The notes below the pieces were generated by a model that saw only the letters and a list, made by a program, of their open reading frames with translations, did not search any database and was not told where the DNA came from. A program made the translations under genes and the position numbers. DNA of 63,062 bases, counting the filler, from Rhabdomonas costata (Eukaryota): the NCBI GenBank assembly GCA_019059605.1. It is 56 parts of 56 records of this genome, joined end to end, with 100 filler letters (N's around TTAATTAATTAA, not from the genome) between each part and the next. Parts side by side here need not be neighbours in the genome. Positions count along the whole stretch, not along the records: positions 39,472 to 40,496 come from JAHMHO010032669.1; positions 40,597 to 41,624 come from JAHMHO010032670.1; positions 41,725 to 42,752 come from JAHMHO010032671.1; positions 42,853 to 43,880 come from JAHMHO010032672.1; positions 43,981 to 45,008 come from JAHMHO010032673.1; positions 45,109 to 46,134 come from JAHMHO010032674.1; positions 46,235 to 47,262 come from JAHMHO010032675.1; positions 47,363 to 48,390 come from JAHMHO010032676.1; 48 more parts are not named here. The stretch is one strand, 5' to 3'. Of the stretch, positions 39,472 through 51,774 are shown in pieces (within the stretch, counting starts at the first letter, position 1; each line of letters begins with the position of its first letter).

Positions 39472-39994
39472 TGTGGTTGGGGAAGAACGAGGAAGCTGCG
39501 AGGGCTTGAACTCCTGCAGCGCAGATTCGATTTTCGCTCGCATTCAAGGAGCTAAGGTTGGGGAAGAAGGAAGAAACGGCGAGGGCTTGAACTCCCGCAG
39601 CGCAGATTCGATTTTCGCTCGCATTCAAGGAGGTAAGGCTAGACAAGGAAGAAGAAGCTGCGAGGGCTTGCATTCCCGCAGCGCTAACCCAATTAGTCCT
39701 CACATCCAAGGAGCTAAGGTTGGTGAAGAAAGAGGAAGCCGCGAAGGCTTGCATTGCATTATCGCCAAATCTATTATTCCTCACATCCAAGGAGGCAAGG
39801 CTTGGGAAGAGAGAGCAAGCTGCAAGGGCTTTCATTTCTGCAAACCCGAGCTCGGCCCTTCCGATATTGAGAGATTTGAGGTTTGGGTACAAGCAGAAAC
39901 CGGAATGCGCAGCCAATGCCGCACCGTACGAAAGCATGTCCCACGAACTTCTTGTTTTCACCGAAATCGACGCCCCGGAGCAAGCCAGACGCAC
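39472..39994 (-). CDS. Leucine-rich repeat protein (RI-like, 27-aa period), partial
   Basis: Five repeats of L.SL....N.I...G.QALA.SSFFPN; 81-nt tandem periodicity in the DNA. Confidence 0.9.
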
Positions 39995-42402
39995 GCTCTG
40001 AACCGCTTAGCCCATCCATGAGGTGATCAAGGGTCGCTGGAAGGCGGAGCATAACCTTCCACTACAGCAAGATTCTCCTCAATCAGCAATAGGAACAGCT
40101 TGTAAACCAGCCCCAGGGGAGCTGCGGTTCAAGTTCTAGAAACCGAAAGGTGCTAGCCAGCGGGTTAGGGAAAAGCTACACAAACAACATCTACAGGATA
40201 AACCATTCACGATTTCAGAAGCACAGATCGTTCCCCCCTGACCCTTGTTGACCACCTCAACAAAGTCAGCTGTGAGAAGATACGGAGAGCCAAGCTGCGG
40301 TGGACCCCCCCAAGAGAACACCGAGTTACGAAGCCCGACTGATGGGACGAGGGCGTCATCAAAGAAACGACTATAAAGGCTTCGTTTCTCCTCGATTTGC
40401 ATTTAGAATGAATACTGCTGTGACACAATCCTGAAACGAGATGCCGTTTAAATGAGAACTCTTCGTAATCACACATCACATCACATCACAACAAAANNNN
40501 NNNNNNNNNNNNNNNNNNNNNNNNNNNNNNNNNNNNNNNNTTAATTAATTAANNNNNNNNNNNNNNNNNNNNNNNNNNNNNNNNNNNNNNNNNNNNGGTG
40601 GTTGGGAACATTGAGCAACCCCACATTTTACTTCGAGGTCTCTTTTAACACTAAATCTACATCTTCAGCAAATGCATCACGTTACTGCAGCAAAGGAGGT
40701 TTACACAGTTCGAAAGACAGGGGCGACGCGACAACACGAACAGACACCTAAGCACAAAAGATTTGACTCGGATACCTCGGAAGACAACCCCAACATAGAA
40801 TGTCTATTGGGAGTCGACATGAGGCAACCTCCTGGATTAGCAATGGGCAAAACTGAGCCAGGACGAGAGATGCTATACAGGGCGCCTACCCTTGATCCAT
40901 CTAGTGGGCCACCTTTCGCTAGTCGGTGTTCCTATTTTTAATTTTGGCACGGTCAAAAATCCCTTGCAATGTTTCCTGTCAGGGTGCTAGTGAAGAGTTC
41001 CTTTTGCTCTGTCCCCCCAACTTTGCACAGGCCAACAGTTGCGGCTCCATCCCTCTCAGCAGGTGCGGACGACCTAGTGGGTGACTCTCAGGTTGTTTGT
41101 TCTTTTGGATTTATTTTTGATTCCACCCCACATGTGTCCTCCATTTTGCAACTTCCTTTCACAGCCATAGAAATTTTTTCTTTTGCCGGCCGCCCCTCCC
41201 GCTCGTTTCATCTCCCCTCTGTGAATCACCTGTCACCAATCCTCGAACTGCCGCGGCTGATTCGCTGTGCTCAACCACTTGGTGTGAAAAAGAGAGAATA
41301 GGAAGCTGTTTGTGACATTTTGAAAAAACAACGGGCATGCCCCGTACAATAGTAGCTTCGGGGTGGCGCACCCCGCAAGCCGCCTTAATCAACGAAAGCC
41401 TCTTCTGCGGTGATCAATGGCAAACAGTGAAAAGGACTTATCCGCGGCGAGGGGAGGGAGACAGACAAACAGTATGATGAACCTTCCCTCTACCGGCGAG
41501 GTGCCCGACCCCAGCAGCTGGTCCCTGGAGATGAGCGGGTTGAGCACGCTCAAGGCAGGCCCGTGTTTGTGATATTGGCCCTAACCTTCTCCCTGGAAAC
41601 CGGGAAGAAGGTTAGGGCCAATATNNNNNNNNNNNNNNNNNNNNNNNNNNNNNNNNNNNNNNNNNNNNTTAATTAATTAANNNNNNNNNNNNNNNNNNNN
41701 NNNNNNNNNNNNNNNNNNNNNNNNGGTGGTGTGTGTCTGTTGGGTGGGGTTGTGTTTGCTGTGAATGTCTGTGAAGAGGAACAGGTGTGCCCTCTTCTTC
41801 ACTGCATGGTGATATTTTCTCTCTCACACACCACACCACCTTTACTCTTTTCGATTTCAGCGTCTTATTCTGTGAGCAACTGTTCCAGAATGAGCAAAAC
41901 TCCGCTGCCACCGATAAAGCACGGAAAAGGGATGTGTTTGCGTCGTCCCCGCCTCCTTCCGATCTGTAAGGCGTGCTTCGTTTCCTACACCCTGCCCCCC
42001 TCCCCCTTCTTTTTCCACAACTGTTAGTATCACTTTGTTTCTGTGTTGTTGTTTTTGTCTTTGCTATTGAATGATGTGCAGCTTTTTTTTTAGCGACTTT
42101 TTGACTTTACTGTGCAACGGAGGACGTCCTCCGATTGAGTACAGGACCTTCCCTTGTGGTAAGTGTGGACTATGTGGCTATCGAGAGCGGTGACCGGGTT
42201 TTTGGGAACGACCAGTGAACGGATGGCTGCTCTGGCATTAGCACCCCAGTCGTGGTTGGAAGTTTGGCTGTAGTTTGTGTTCCGAGCTGTGGTGCGAAGG
42301 GAACAGCATGCAATGAATCCTCCTCCAACAGACCTTGCTTCACTCCTCGACTTCCCTCTCTTACCTCCCTTCTCTCACGGACTTTTTTGGACTCCAACCC
42401 CT

Positions 42403-42630
42403 ATGCCCTCCTGGGCTTGCCCCCGATGCACCTTCGAGAATGACGACACAGCGGCGAGGTGCCAGGTCTGCGGAGGGAGCAGGGGCTCTTTGAGGAGGTT
42501 TGGACGCAGAGTAAGAGGGGGCCCATCTTCACCTCAGCACACCACGGCGGGGCAGGTTTGGGCATGCTTGAGATGCACCCTGGAGAACCCTGCCACGGCG
42601 AAGTGCTGTGAGGCGTGCTACGCTCTCAAG
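42403..42630 (+). CDS. First exon of a protein with two RanBP2-type (NZF-like) zinc fingers
   Basis: MPSWACPRCTFENDDTAARCQVCG and VWACLRCTLENPATAKCCEACY match W-x-C-x2-C-x3-N-x6-C-x2-C. Confidence 0.85.
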
Positions 42631-44452
42631 GCATGTGTGTGTGGCTGTGTGGCTTGCTTTGTAATACACCTGTTTGTACCTGGCAAGGAGAGGACTCCAG
42701 CGCCATCCAAAAGGGACTTCAGGAACCATAAACGGGGGCGTCACCCCCACCCNNNNNNNNNNNNNNNNNNNNNNNNNNNNNNNNNNNNNNNNNNNNTTAA
42801 TTAATTAANNNNNNNNNNNNNNNNNNNNNNNNNNNNNNNNNNNNNNNNNNNNCCTTCACCAACCCTTACACGGGGACCAACCTGGACATGTCCGATTACT
42901 GCCTGGTGCGCATTTTGGCGCAACCCTCCATGGAATATGAAGGGAAGAGGAACAACAATAACCGTGGGGCAAACGTTTGGCAGTGTTCGCTGATGATAAG
43001 GTTACACAGAAACGTTGGGCACAAGCACACGGGAAAGCAGGGGATACGTTTGTGTGCGACTGTGTGCGTGAGTTGAAGTACAAGCGGAACAAACCCTGCA
43101 AGGGGCACACTGACTGACCAAAGCACAACTTGCCATTCGGAAGGTCTGCTTCGGAAGGTCTGTCCACAAAAAAGATAAGAAAGACCACACCTGCTTCGGT
43201 TTTGCCCTAACCTCTCCATTGCTGCTGCTTCCAGGATGTGGTTCTCGACGCCTTGGAGAAGGAAGGCCTCGCCGCGGTTCCCGACTACGACACGAAATTG
43301 TACACGATCACCTGGGGGGCCTAACTTTTCTGTGGAAGACTGTGTTCTCTTTGCGTCACGGCACCCTTCCTTCGGTCTCCCTCTTCGCGCCTGTTTAGAT
43401 TACAGAGTAGAGTGCGTCCCCGCGGCAGCTGCTGTGTTTTCGATGTTCGTGCATGCTGCCACGGGCAGGGTGTTCCTTCATTCGCCTCACGTGTGCGGTT
43501 GGTGCTTTCCCCTGACGTCTGATGTCTCTTTGTGGAAAATGCGGATCGAGTGGTGGCCTGCCGCAGGACGGACCTTGTGGACTCGGGCGATGTGGGTTGC
43601 CGTTTCCCTGGGGTTTTCTTTCGTAAATGAGATGAGATTGTGGTGTGCGTGATCTGGAGCATCAAAGAAATTGGAGCGTCACAGTCTCGGGAACGTGCAC
43701 CTATTCCTTGGTGAAAGGGGGAACGGGAACGGGGGCACATGAGCACTAATTTTGTGGGGTTTCTCATGCCCTTTGTCATTTTTCGTTTCTTTGTGCTTTC
43801 TTTTTTATAGCTGCCTTTTGACTTGTGAAACTATGGCCTTGTCTAACCCGTCAATCGGAGCCCTCTCCCCCACTCTTGGGNNNNNNNNNNNNNNNNNNNN
43901 NNNNNNNNNNNNNNNNNNNNNNNNTTAATTAATTAANNNNNNNNNNNNNNNNNNNNNNNNNNNNNNNNNNNNNNNNNNNNGCTCTGCGAGCGAGTGAGCG
44001 AGGGAGGGAGTGTTGTTCGAGTTTTTATTTGTTCGGCTTAGACCTCTTCTACAAACTCTTGCTGTGAAAAAGCACAATCCTGCATTCTTGAACCCCACTG
44101 CTATTCCTCGCTTCCGCATTGCACTTGTCTTGCCACGTTCAAGACATCAATCACTAATATTGGCACGTTTTCGTATGGTTTGAAGTTGTGTGGAAACGGA
44201 GCATTCCCTCTGTCTGTCCACTGTTGAAAGGGAACTGCTTTTTGGCGATATGGGCTGATTTTTCCTCACTGGAGTATCACAAGGCGCTTCACTGGTGGTT
44301 CGCATTCACTTTGTCATGTGCGTTGTCTGTACTGTCTCTCCTCTTTTCTGTTTCGGTGAATACCAATGTGCGCAATGTTGCACAATTCTTGTAAATGTAG
44401 TTCCCACATGCTGCTCCGTGGAACCCACTCGACGATTTTGTGTGTGTGGCAG

Positions 44453-44577
44453 AGAACGAGCGGCTGGCGCGGAGCATTCAGCAGGCCCGCACTAGCTACA
44501 GCACCACCCAGATGTCCCGAGACTGGGTGCAGACCCGACGGCGGATGCAGCGGATGTCCCGCCACCGGGGACCTAGG
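44453..44577 (+). CDS. Exon of a CFAP97/KIAA1430-domain cilia/flagella-associated protein
   Basis: ENERLARSIQQARTSYSTTQMSRDWVQTRRRMQRMSRH fits EN..L..RI....P.Y.......DW..........S..; bounded by AG and GT. Confidence 0.6.
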
Positions 44578-47500
44578 GTTTGTGCTCGCTTGTTGTCTCC
44601 ACCTTTTTTCTTCTCATCTCATGCATTCTTGTCTTTTTCTCAAAATATCGTCAAAATAGCTCTCCGGGAGAAAGACACATGTGAAACTCGGACTAAGGGC
44701 AGTAATAGCATGACAGGACAAGGATGGTATATTGCCGACGTTCGGGACCGCCATCCTGGAAAGTTTTCTGCACCAGTATCGACGGAAAAAATACGGGTTC
44801 ACAGTGATTCAAAGAAAATGATGGAATCTTGTCTCTTGTCTTACCCTGCTGAGAAATGCCAACATCCAAATCAGTCTTACATAACCAAAACCCATAGAAT
44901 ATGGATGGGGGAATTGGAATGGGAACATGCTAATCGCGTTGAACGCTGTTTTCAGCACACGCCCGAGGGAGGTAACTCAAATCATCGCATCAGTGGAGCC
45001 AACCACCCNNNNNNNNNNNNNNNNNNNNNNNNNNNNNNNNNNNNNNNNNNNNTTAATTAATTAANNNNNNNNNNNNNNNNNNNNNNNNNNNNNNNNNNNN
45101 NNNNNNNNTTTTTTTGGGCAATAAAAACAGTGTCATCACCCGTATGTCAGATATATCATCATTATCACAAACACTACTTCCGACTTGGACTCCAGAGAAG
45201 CCGCCCTTCACCTCACCTTCCCCCCCGCCCTCGTGCATCAGCCCCAGGAGGCAGACCTGCCTGCTCCTTCGCCGCAACCTGCAGCTCCAAGGCGTCCAGG
45301 TCATCGGTCAGCCGAATGTCCGCTTTGCTTACTTCCACCACCTATCGAGTCGACAAACCTCCACCCTTCTCATGCGAAGCCAAATCAGTATCAAAGTATA
45401 ACCATAATTTCACCAACCAGCCTACCCCCGCGGCAAAGTATCCGAAAAAAAAACGGTGAAAAACCCTGGCTTCCACCGCACAAACGTATTCGAGAAACGC
45501 CAGTGCCCAGTGAATACCCACGAAGTGAGGAGACCAAACTTGTTTCACTAAGATCGAGTTTTGGCAGATTTTTCTGCCTCCTTGATGCGCAGAAGTCTCC
45601 AAGATTGTTCGGTGTCCCGAGCAGGAAAAAAGACGGGGAGAAGCGAAGCGAATCCACATGCACAGAAGCGATGAAGAGCGGTGAGTGATGAAGAGAAGCG
45701 TTTCGTGAATCCAGGAGGACATGGGCCCCATGGAAGTTGGGAGGGAGGTACCCGTTACCAGTGGTGACAGAAAACTGGCTTAAAACTATTGCTATAACAA
45801 CTTAAAAACGGTCAGACAAAACACCCTCAAAGAGACATTGTGTGACAAAGTGTCAGCACCCTTAAAGTGACATTGCTTTTGTGGTTCGGTAAAATTTGTC
45901 AGTGCTCCCTAGATGAGTGTTTTTTTGTTTGATGAGCGGCTGGAAATTACTGCTGGCTAAGGACTCACCAACGGCTGGACGAGTGGGACATTCCAGGCCA
46001 TTCTGCGACGCGTCTGGAACGAACGGCTGAGGCGCGAACGTCACCTGAGGGCATTCAACCACTTTGCTCCCCAAAAAAATTGCTTCCACCGGGAATAGTA
46101 CCGCTCCCCACCACCAACCAAACACACCCACCACNNNNNNNNNNNNNNNNNNNNNNNNNNNNNNNNNNNNNNNNNNNNTTAATTAATTAANNNNNNNNNN
46201 NNNNNNNNNNNNNNNNNNNNNNNNNNNNNNNNNNGTGTTTGTGGAATGGTCAAGGGTGAGGCGTCCTTTCTGGTTCTGGTTTCGTTGGGGAAGTGGAGGC
46301 GACGTTTTCGTCATGTTTTGAGCGCGGCAAGCATATTCTATCGTATGGACCTCAGCTAACAGCGTGGAGAGCGTTCTGGTGCAGCTCCGGACAGAGATCG
46401 TGCTGGGGGGTGGTCGCTTGGACCTGGGCAACCAGTCGGACTACACTGGTGCCCTATTTCCCTTTGACACCCCCCCCCCCCGCCCCGCCGGTGCCCCTCA
46501 ATAGGTGGTTGAGGAGAACTCGGCAGCACCTTTTGTTGTGCTGGCAGTGTTCAAGAGCACTTTTTCGAGACTTAGGGAAGAAGGGCTTATAGAAGGGTAT
46601 CTCCAAACATATGGGGGGTTATGCCTCAGGACATTTTGGGAGTGGAATCCGAGATATGAGTTCTCTTTAATTTGAAAAAACAGAAAGCTAGCGAAATGTG
46701 CGGTGTTGAATTATCACAGATGGTGTACAGATTGCGTGGACTGTCGACTGCGTTGGAGCTTTTTGCGCTTTTTGCGACGCAGAAGATGAGGCCAGGTCAG
46801 CCTTCGCGCGGGTTGCTGCCCAGCATGGCTGGAAACGCTGAGGCTCGTGCTTTCTCGCGTGCACCACGAGTCACTTTGCGCAGGTTTTTGACATATTCAT
46901 CCCGCCCGCTTGCCAAACTTTTTTGAGGGGCGTCGTGCATCTTGCATTCCACTTTCAATATAGTTCAACATAGGAAAATACAGACAAAAAATAAGCAGAA
47001 ATCAAGCATGCAACAGAGTTCAGGGGTGGATGAGCCAGGGCGCACTCAAAAAAAAATGACTCAAAGGACGACAACAAACACAACAGAAAATCATAACGAG
47101 CACCCCCCCCCCCTTCTTAACCGTACTCCCGTCGCCGTACTCTATCACAGCGGCACGCTGACACACCCCTCCCATTTCCCCTCGCTCGTTCCTCTTCACT
47201 CTTTGCACGCTTCTCTCTCTCTCTCTCTCTCATCCTTTCACCTCACGTACACACACAACACCNNNNNNNNNNNNNNNNNNNNNNNNNNNNNNNNNNNNNN
47301 NNNNNNTTAATTAATTAANNNNNNNNNNNNNNNNNNNNNNNNNNNNNNNNNNNNNNNNNNNNGTGTTTTGTTTTGTGTGTTTTGTGCCCCCCTCATCGCA
47401 ATAAATAAAGTCTTGGTGCCCATAAGGCCCTATTTTGAAAGGTTTCGGGTTGTTGTGTTGTGCTTCCCATTCCTGGGACGGGCTTTTTCGGGTTCCTAGC

Positions 47501-47711
47501 GGAAGGCCTGGTTCCACAGCAGGAAGCAGGAACGCTACACCAGATACCTGAATGCCTTGATTGGGTAGAGCAAATGAAGTGGGCACAAAACACACAAAAC
47601 AAAACAAACAAAGCAAATCGTTAGTTACACCGAGAAAGTGGAAAAAGCAGCAGAACAGACCTAAGCAGTGACCCCCGGAGGGGTTATCTCTCAACTTCTG
47701 AAGATTCGGGC

Positions 47712-48247
47712 TCACCGGGCAATGCCAATCATGAAAAGTGCCACTGTGGTAGCCGCAGCTGTCAACACGAACATCTCTGCAAAGATTGACGGTTTGTGGT
47801 ATAACAATACAAATTCAACCATATGGACCGAACCCGTTTCGGATAGCATCCTTGCAAATAAAACGCAAAGCAAACACGTGGAAAGCGGAAAATATTATCA
47901 GGCCACGTCGCCATCAAAGATGGTTCTAAGGTTCAACCCTGGGAGGAGGAGGCGTACCAAGTGTGACAGGAATTAATAGGGCAACCCAGCGAGCTGGAAA
48001 CCAAGACAATGCGGCATGGTCACGCTCCACGAAGGGCTGTAAAAAGCGAACAACCACACTCCAAAAAACAAAACAGCAAATCACAAAAACTGAAACTACG
48101 CACAACTCAGATAACTTGCCATTTACAAAACCAAAAGCTCCAACGCAGCAATGAAGAGCGTACCGTGACGAGAACCCAGACCGTGTAGTACCCAAAGCTC
48201 ACGATCAGAAAACCCATCAGGAGTGCTCCTTTGGTGCGGTCTTTCAT
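47712..48247 (-). CDS. DPM2: Dolichol-phosphate mannose synthase regulatory subunit DPM2, complete 3-exon gene (48247-48164, 48036-47958, 47776-47712), 75 aa
   Basis: Spliced product MKDRTKGALLMGFLIVSFGYYTVWVLVTPFVERDHAALSWFPARWVALLIPVTLEMFVLTAAATTVALFMIGIAR*. YYTxWV...PF...H....F..R..A..IP is the DPM2 signature. Both introns are GT-AG and preserve the frame. Confidence 0.9.
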
Positions 48248-49913
48248 TTCAAAGACACAAAGCTTTTTCCGAAAGGAGAGGTGGACCGCAACGAATCACA
48301 AGGAAAGGAAATGCCGTCTTTTCCGATGCAATTGCAGATGCAGTGAGCCAATGCCGCCCGTTAACGACAGGAGCCTTGAACAAAAAACCCNNNNNNNNNN
48401 NNNNNNNNNNNNNNNNNNNNNNNNNNNNNNNNNNTTAATTAATTAANNNNNNNNNNNNNNNNNNNNNNNNNNNNNNNNNNNNNNNNNNNNGTGTATCGCG
48501 CCTGCCAGATCAGCGCAAACCCTGCAAGCTGCACGGCTCGCCTCGTCGCGAACCGCACGTAGGCCCTCGCGATGCACCAAGCCGACCGGAAGTGCAGCCG
48601 GAGCTGGTGGCCCAGTTTCCACGTGGGGTGGTTGCGGAAGAATCGAAGGTACCACGTGATCACTTGTACTGCACGCAAGATCTCGCAAGGTTCTCGTTCA
48701 GCAAGAAGCCGGGAGATGGTGAGCAGGGCATGCGGTGAGGCTCTGCAATGCGACCTCTTCCGGCTCCTTTCGCGGGATATGTCGCTTACAGTGAGCTCTG
48801 AGCTTTCAATTACACAAAGAGGATCAACTGCTTCGCGTGACATCTTGAAGAAACTCGAGGAAACGCACCACACTAAAGAAATGGGACCCGGTTCCACAAA
48901 AATGCTCCCAGAGCAATTTCATTCCACCTCATGAGTTTTTTTTGAGAGAGATGAGAGGTCACTGCAGCAGCGCACAGGTTTTCATGGTCCAGGCCTTGCG
49001 GGTTAGGGTTAGGCAGTGCAATAACTTACACTGGCAACGAAGTAAAAGCGTTCGGTGGAGAATGCGTGGAGGTCAAATGATCGTAGAGGGAAACTAGAAA
49101 AAACCGCGGAGAACACACGCCGTGGATGTGGTGTGATTCCAAAGGGGGCAAAGGCAACAAATGAACCCGGAGGACAGGATGAGGAACACGGATATCAGAA
49201 GGGTAACAAATGAAGGAAGCGGGCAGGCAGGCTCGTGGGGGAGAGGTGCACAGTGGTTTGCCCGGCAGTTGGACAAGAGGGCGAAAACGTCCATGGTAAG
49301 TTTTTACAAAAACGGTGCGTGCTATTCACAACCCACCCACCAAGGGTCAAGTGGTCAGGAGGGATGTGACCAACCGACCACGTCCGCTTCGAACGCAAAG
49401 GAAACCAAAAACCCATGAGGGTCCATCTCAAGGGGATCCCGAGCCCGCCCGAAGAAATAGGAATGCAGGCAAGGGACCATTGTAGGTCTGAGAGAATAGC
49501 ACCCAAACAACAATACCANNNNNNNNNNNNNNNNNNNNNNNNNNNNNNNNNNNNNNNNNNNNTTAATTAATTAANNNNNNNNNNNNNNNNNNNNNNNNNN
49601 NNNNNNNNNNNNNNNNNNTTTGTGGGGGTATTAGAGTTATAAGTGTGGTACGTGCAAGGACTGTAACGTCTGTGGTCTCGTGGTGTAAGACCCGTCTTCA
49701 AACCTCCCGGCTCTGACCCCACCCCACCCTGAGACCCTCTGCGTGTGCCAGCAATCTAACTTTTGTAATACACCTAATTTCTAACACTGCCTCAACATCC
49801 GTTAGAAGGGTGCCCCACTCTATGCATCTCTTGACGACGGCCATCCACAACTGCTGAAGTGTACCGCATTTGTGCTTGAAATCCCGTGTTCCCACCGTCT
49901 GGGGGGGATGCAG

Positions 49914-50029
49914 GTGTGATAGCGGTTGGAACCTTCGCGTTTGTCGTCACTGCGGTGCTCGCTGCGGGTGTGGGGTGGTCGGTGCGATCCCCCTTCCAGA
50001 GGATGGTGGCCATGCGGAGCATTCTTCGG
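49914..50029 (+). CDS. Exon encoding a TM helix followed by a HAMP-like start
   Basis: gcAG|VIAVGTFAFVVTAVLAAGVGWSVRSPFQRMVAMRSILR|GTAGG. Confidence 0.4.
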
Positions 50030-50746
50030 GTAGGGAACCGTGCCCACCACCACCATCATCACTCCCCTGCTAGTTGTCCCCGAGTTGCTGTTCTTCGCAA
50101 TGGAAAAACCGTGCCGCGTGTCTTTCCTAGTGCCCTCCCAGGTTGAGGTAAAATGTTTTCTGTGAATCCAACAAAGCTGATGGTCGCGGAGGTGCGAAAT
50201 TGATTGTTGTTTGCGCTCAAGGAGTTGACTTCCCTCTGCTGCGATCCAGCTTGTGTGAACGTACTCCCTCCAACCGGTTCTCGGCTGCAGTTTTGATTGC
50301 TGTTATAAATGTTATAAAGTGTAGCGCTTTTATCAGAAAAAACGAATGCGCCTTGCCACCACTATGCTCGTGTCTATATGTGAGCTCGTATCTCCGTATG
50401 CAGTCTCAAATCAACAAATTCAGATTACGCCACAAAAACCCTTCCTTGGGGCACTTATTATTTCCGTTACTTTTTCGACGCATCGGAACCACCTGTCTTT
50501 TCTTGATGCACACAACTCGACTTCCAAGTTCTCTACAATGTTTTGTTTACTGGCTTATTAACAGTGCCACTCATCCCTCATTGTCCAGCATCCGCATCCA
50601 AAGGCACAAAGCACAGAAGCGGCATTGCGGTAGAAAACAACCCACANNNNNNNNNNNNNNNNNNNNNNNNNNNNNNNNNNNNNNNNNNNNTTAATTAATT
50701 AANNNNNNNNNNNNNNNNNNNNNNNNNNNNNNNNNNNNNNNNNNNN

Positions 50747-51774
50747 TCATCTTCCGCCTGGGACATTCGGTACAGCCTCTGGGCTGGTACCTTACTGTCC
50801 GGCTTCAAATCAGTCCTGTGGTCCGTCATCATCGAAGGGGGTAACCATCCGGGAACTAACGCTGGAAAAATGTGAGCAAATTCTTGATTTAACTTCCCGA
50901 TCTCTGGAGGTGTTGGTAACACCGCACAAGGGGGGCTACAAATGCTGTGTCTTAGTTATGGCTCGCTGGTCTTGCTTGGTTGGAACAACATTTTCTACAT
51001 AAAGTTTAGAAACAACGAACTGTTGATGGAATTGTGGATTTGTTTCCGCACCGTGTGGAATGGTCTCCAACAAGACTCCAACACTATGGACGTCGGGACT
51101 GCTCGGGACGTCGCCGCCACCCTCCCCTACTATTGTGGTCTCTGGTATGTGACGACTTCTGAACGTTCTGCGGTGGAGCAATCAACGGTTTCACCGGGGC
51201 AACTTCCCCTTGCTCTGCCTCCAACATTGCTGTGGTGGGGCATGTAATTCGAAATGAATCCACTGCTGGAAGCGCCTGGATGTCGTACATTCTTCCTCAT
51301 CTCCACACCTTGACATTTCTGCGCTTCCAATGAACCTGCGGTTGCAGCCTCGTTAACAATGGATATTCCAGCACTACTGGGATTGACGTTTTGATCACTC
51401 TCAAAAACAATTTGATCGGCATGGTACCCAACATTCCGACAACTCGTACTAAGTTTTTCCCCGTTCGCAACCCTCACTGTAAGCTTCTGATGCAAAGGGT
51501 ACCTCTGCAAGCGGAATCTCTGGACCGACTCCTGACTTGTAAACGAATCTGATTATACAATAACTCCCTAGCTTGGGTGTTCCCAATCCGCAACGGCAAG
51601 AACATTAGTGGTTGAAGGGGGAGGGTCTGGCAAATCTCCCAAGAACCCAACCCGCTCTCTTGCGTCTCTCTTGAATGGAAACACGAACAGAGGGACCGTG
51701 GTACTTCCTTCCCATCTTCAAATGCTGCTCACCGCTGTCTTTACTAAGTCGTCCAAAGACTACCCCCACCACCC
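50747..51774 (-). mobile_element. Decayed Ty3/Gypsy fragment (protease remnant, spacer, RT start), same family as 11284-12312
   Basis: PLMFLPLRIGNTQARELL/(frameshift)SDSFTSQESVQRFRLQRYPLHQKLTVRVANGEKL is a retropepsin remnant. PPEIGKLNQEFAHIFPALVPGWLPPSMMTDHRTDLKPDSKVPAQRLYRMSQAED aligns without gaps to the copy starting near 11795. Confidence 0.88.

Noticed and set aside
48999-49013. TTAGGG telomere-like units (also near 37830)
   Set aside because: Only about two units, internal to contigs; not enough to call a telomere.
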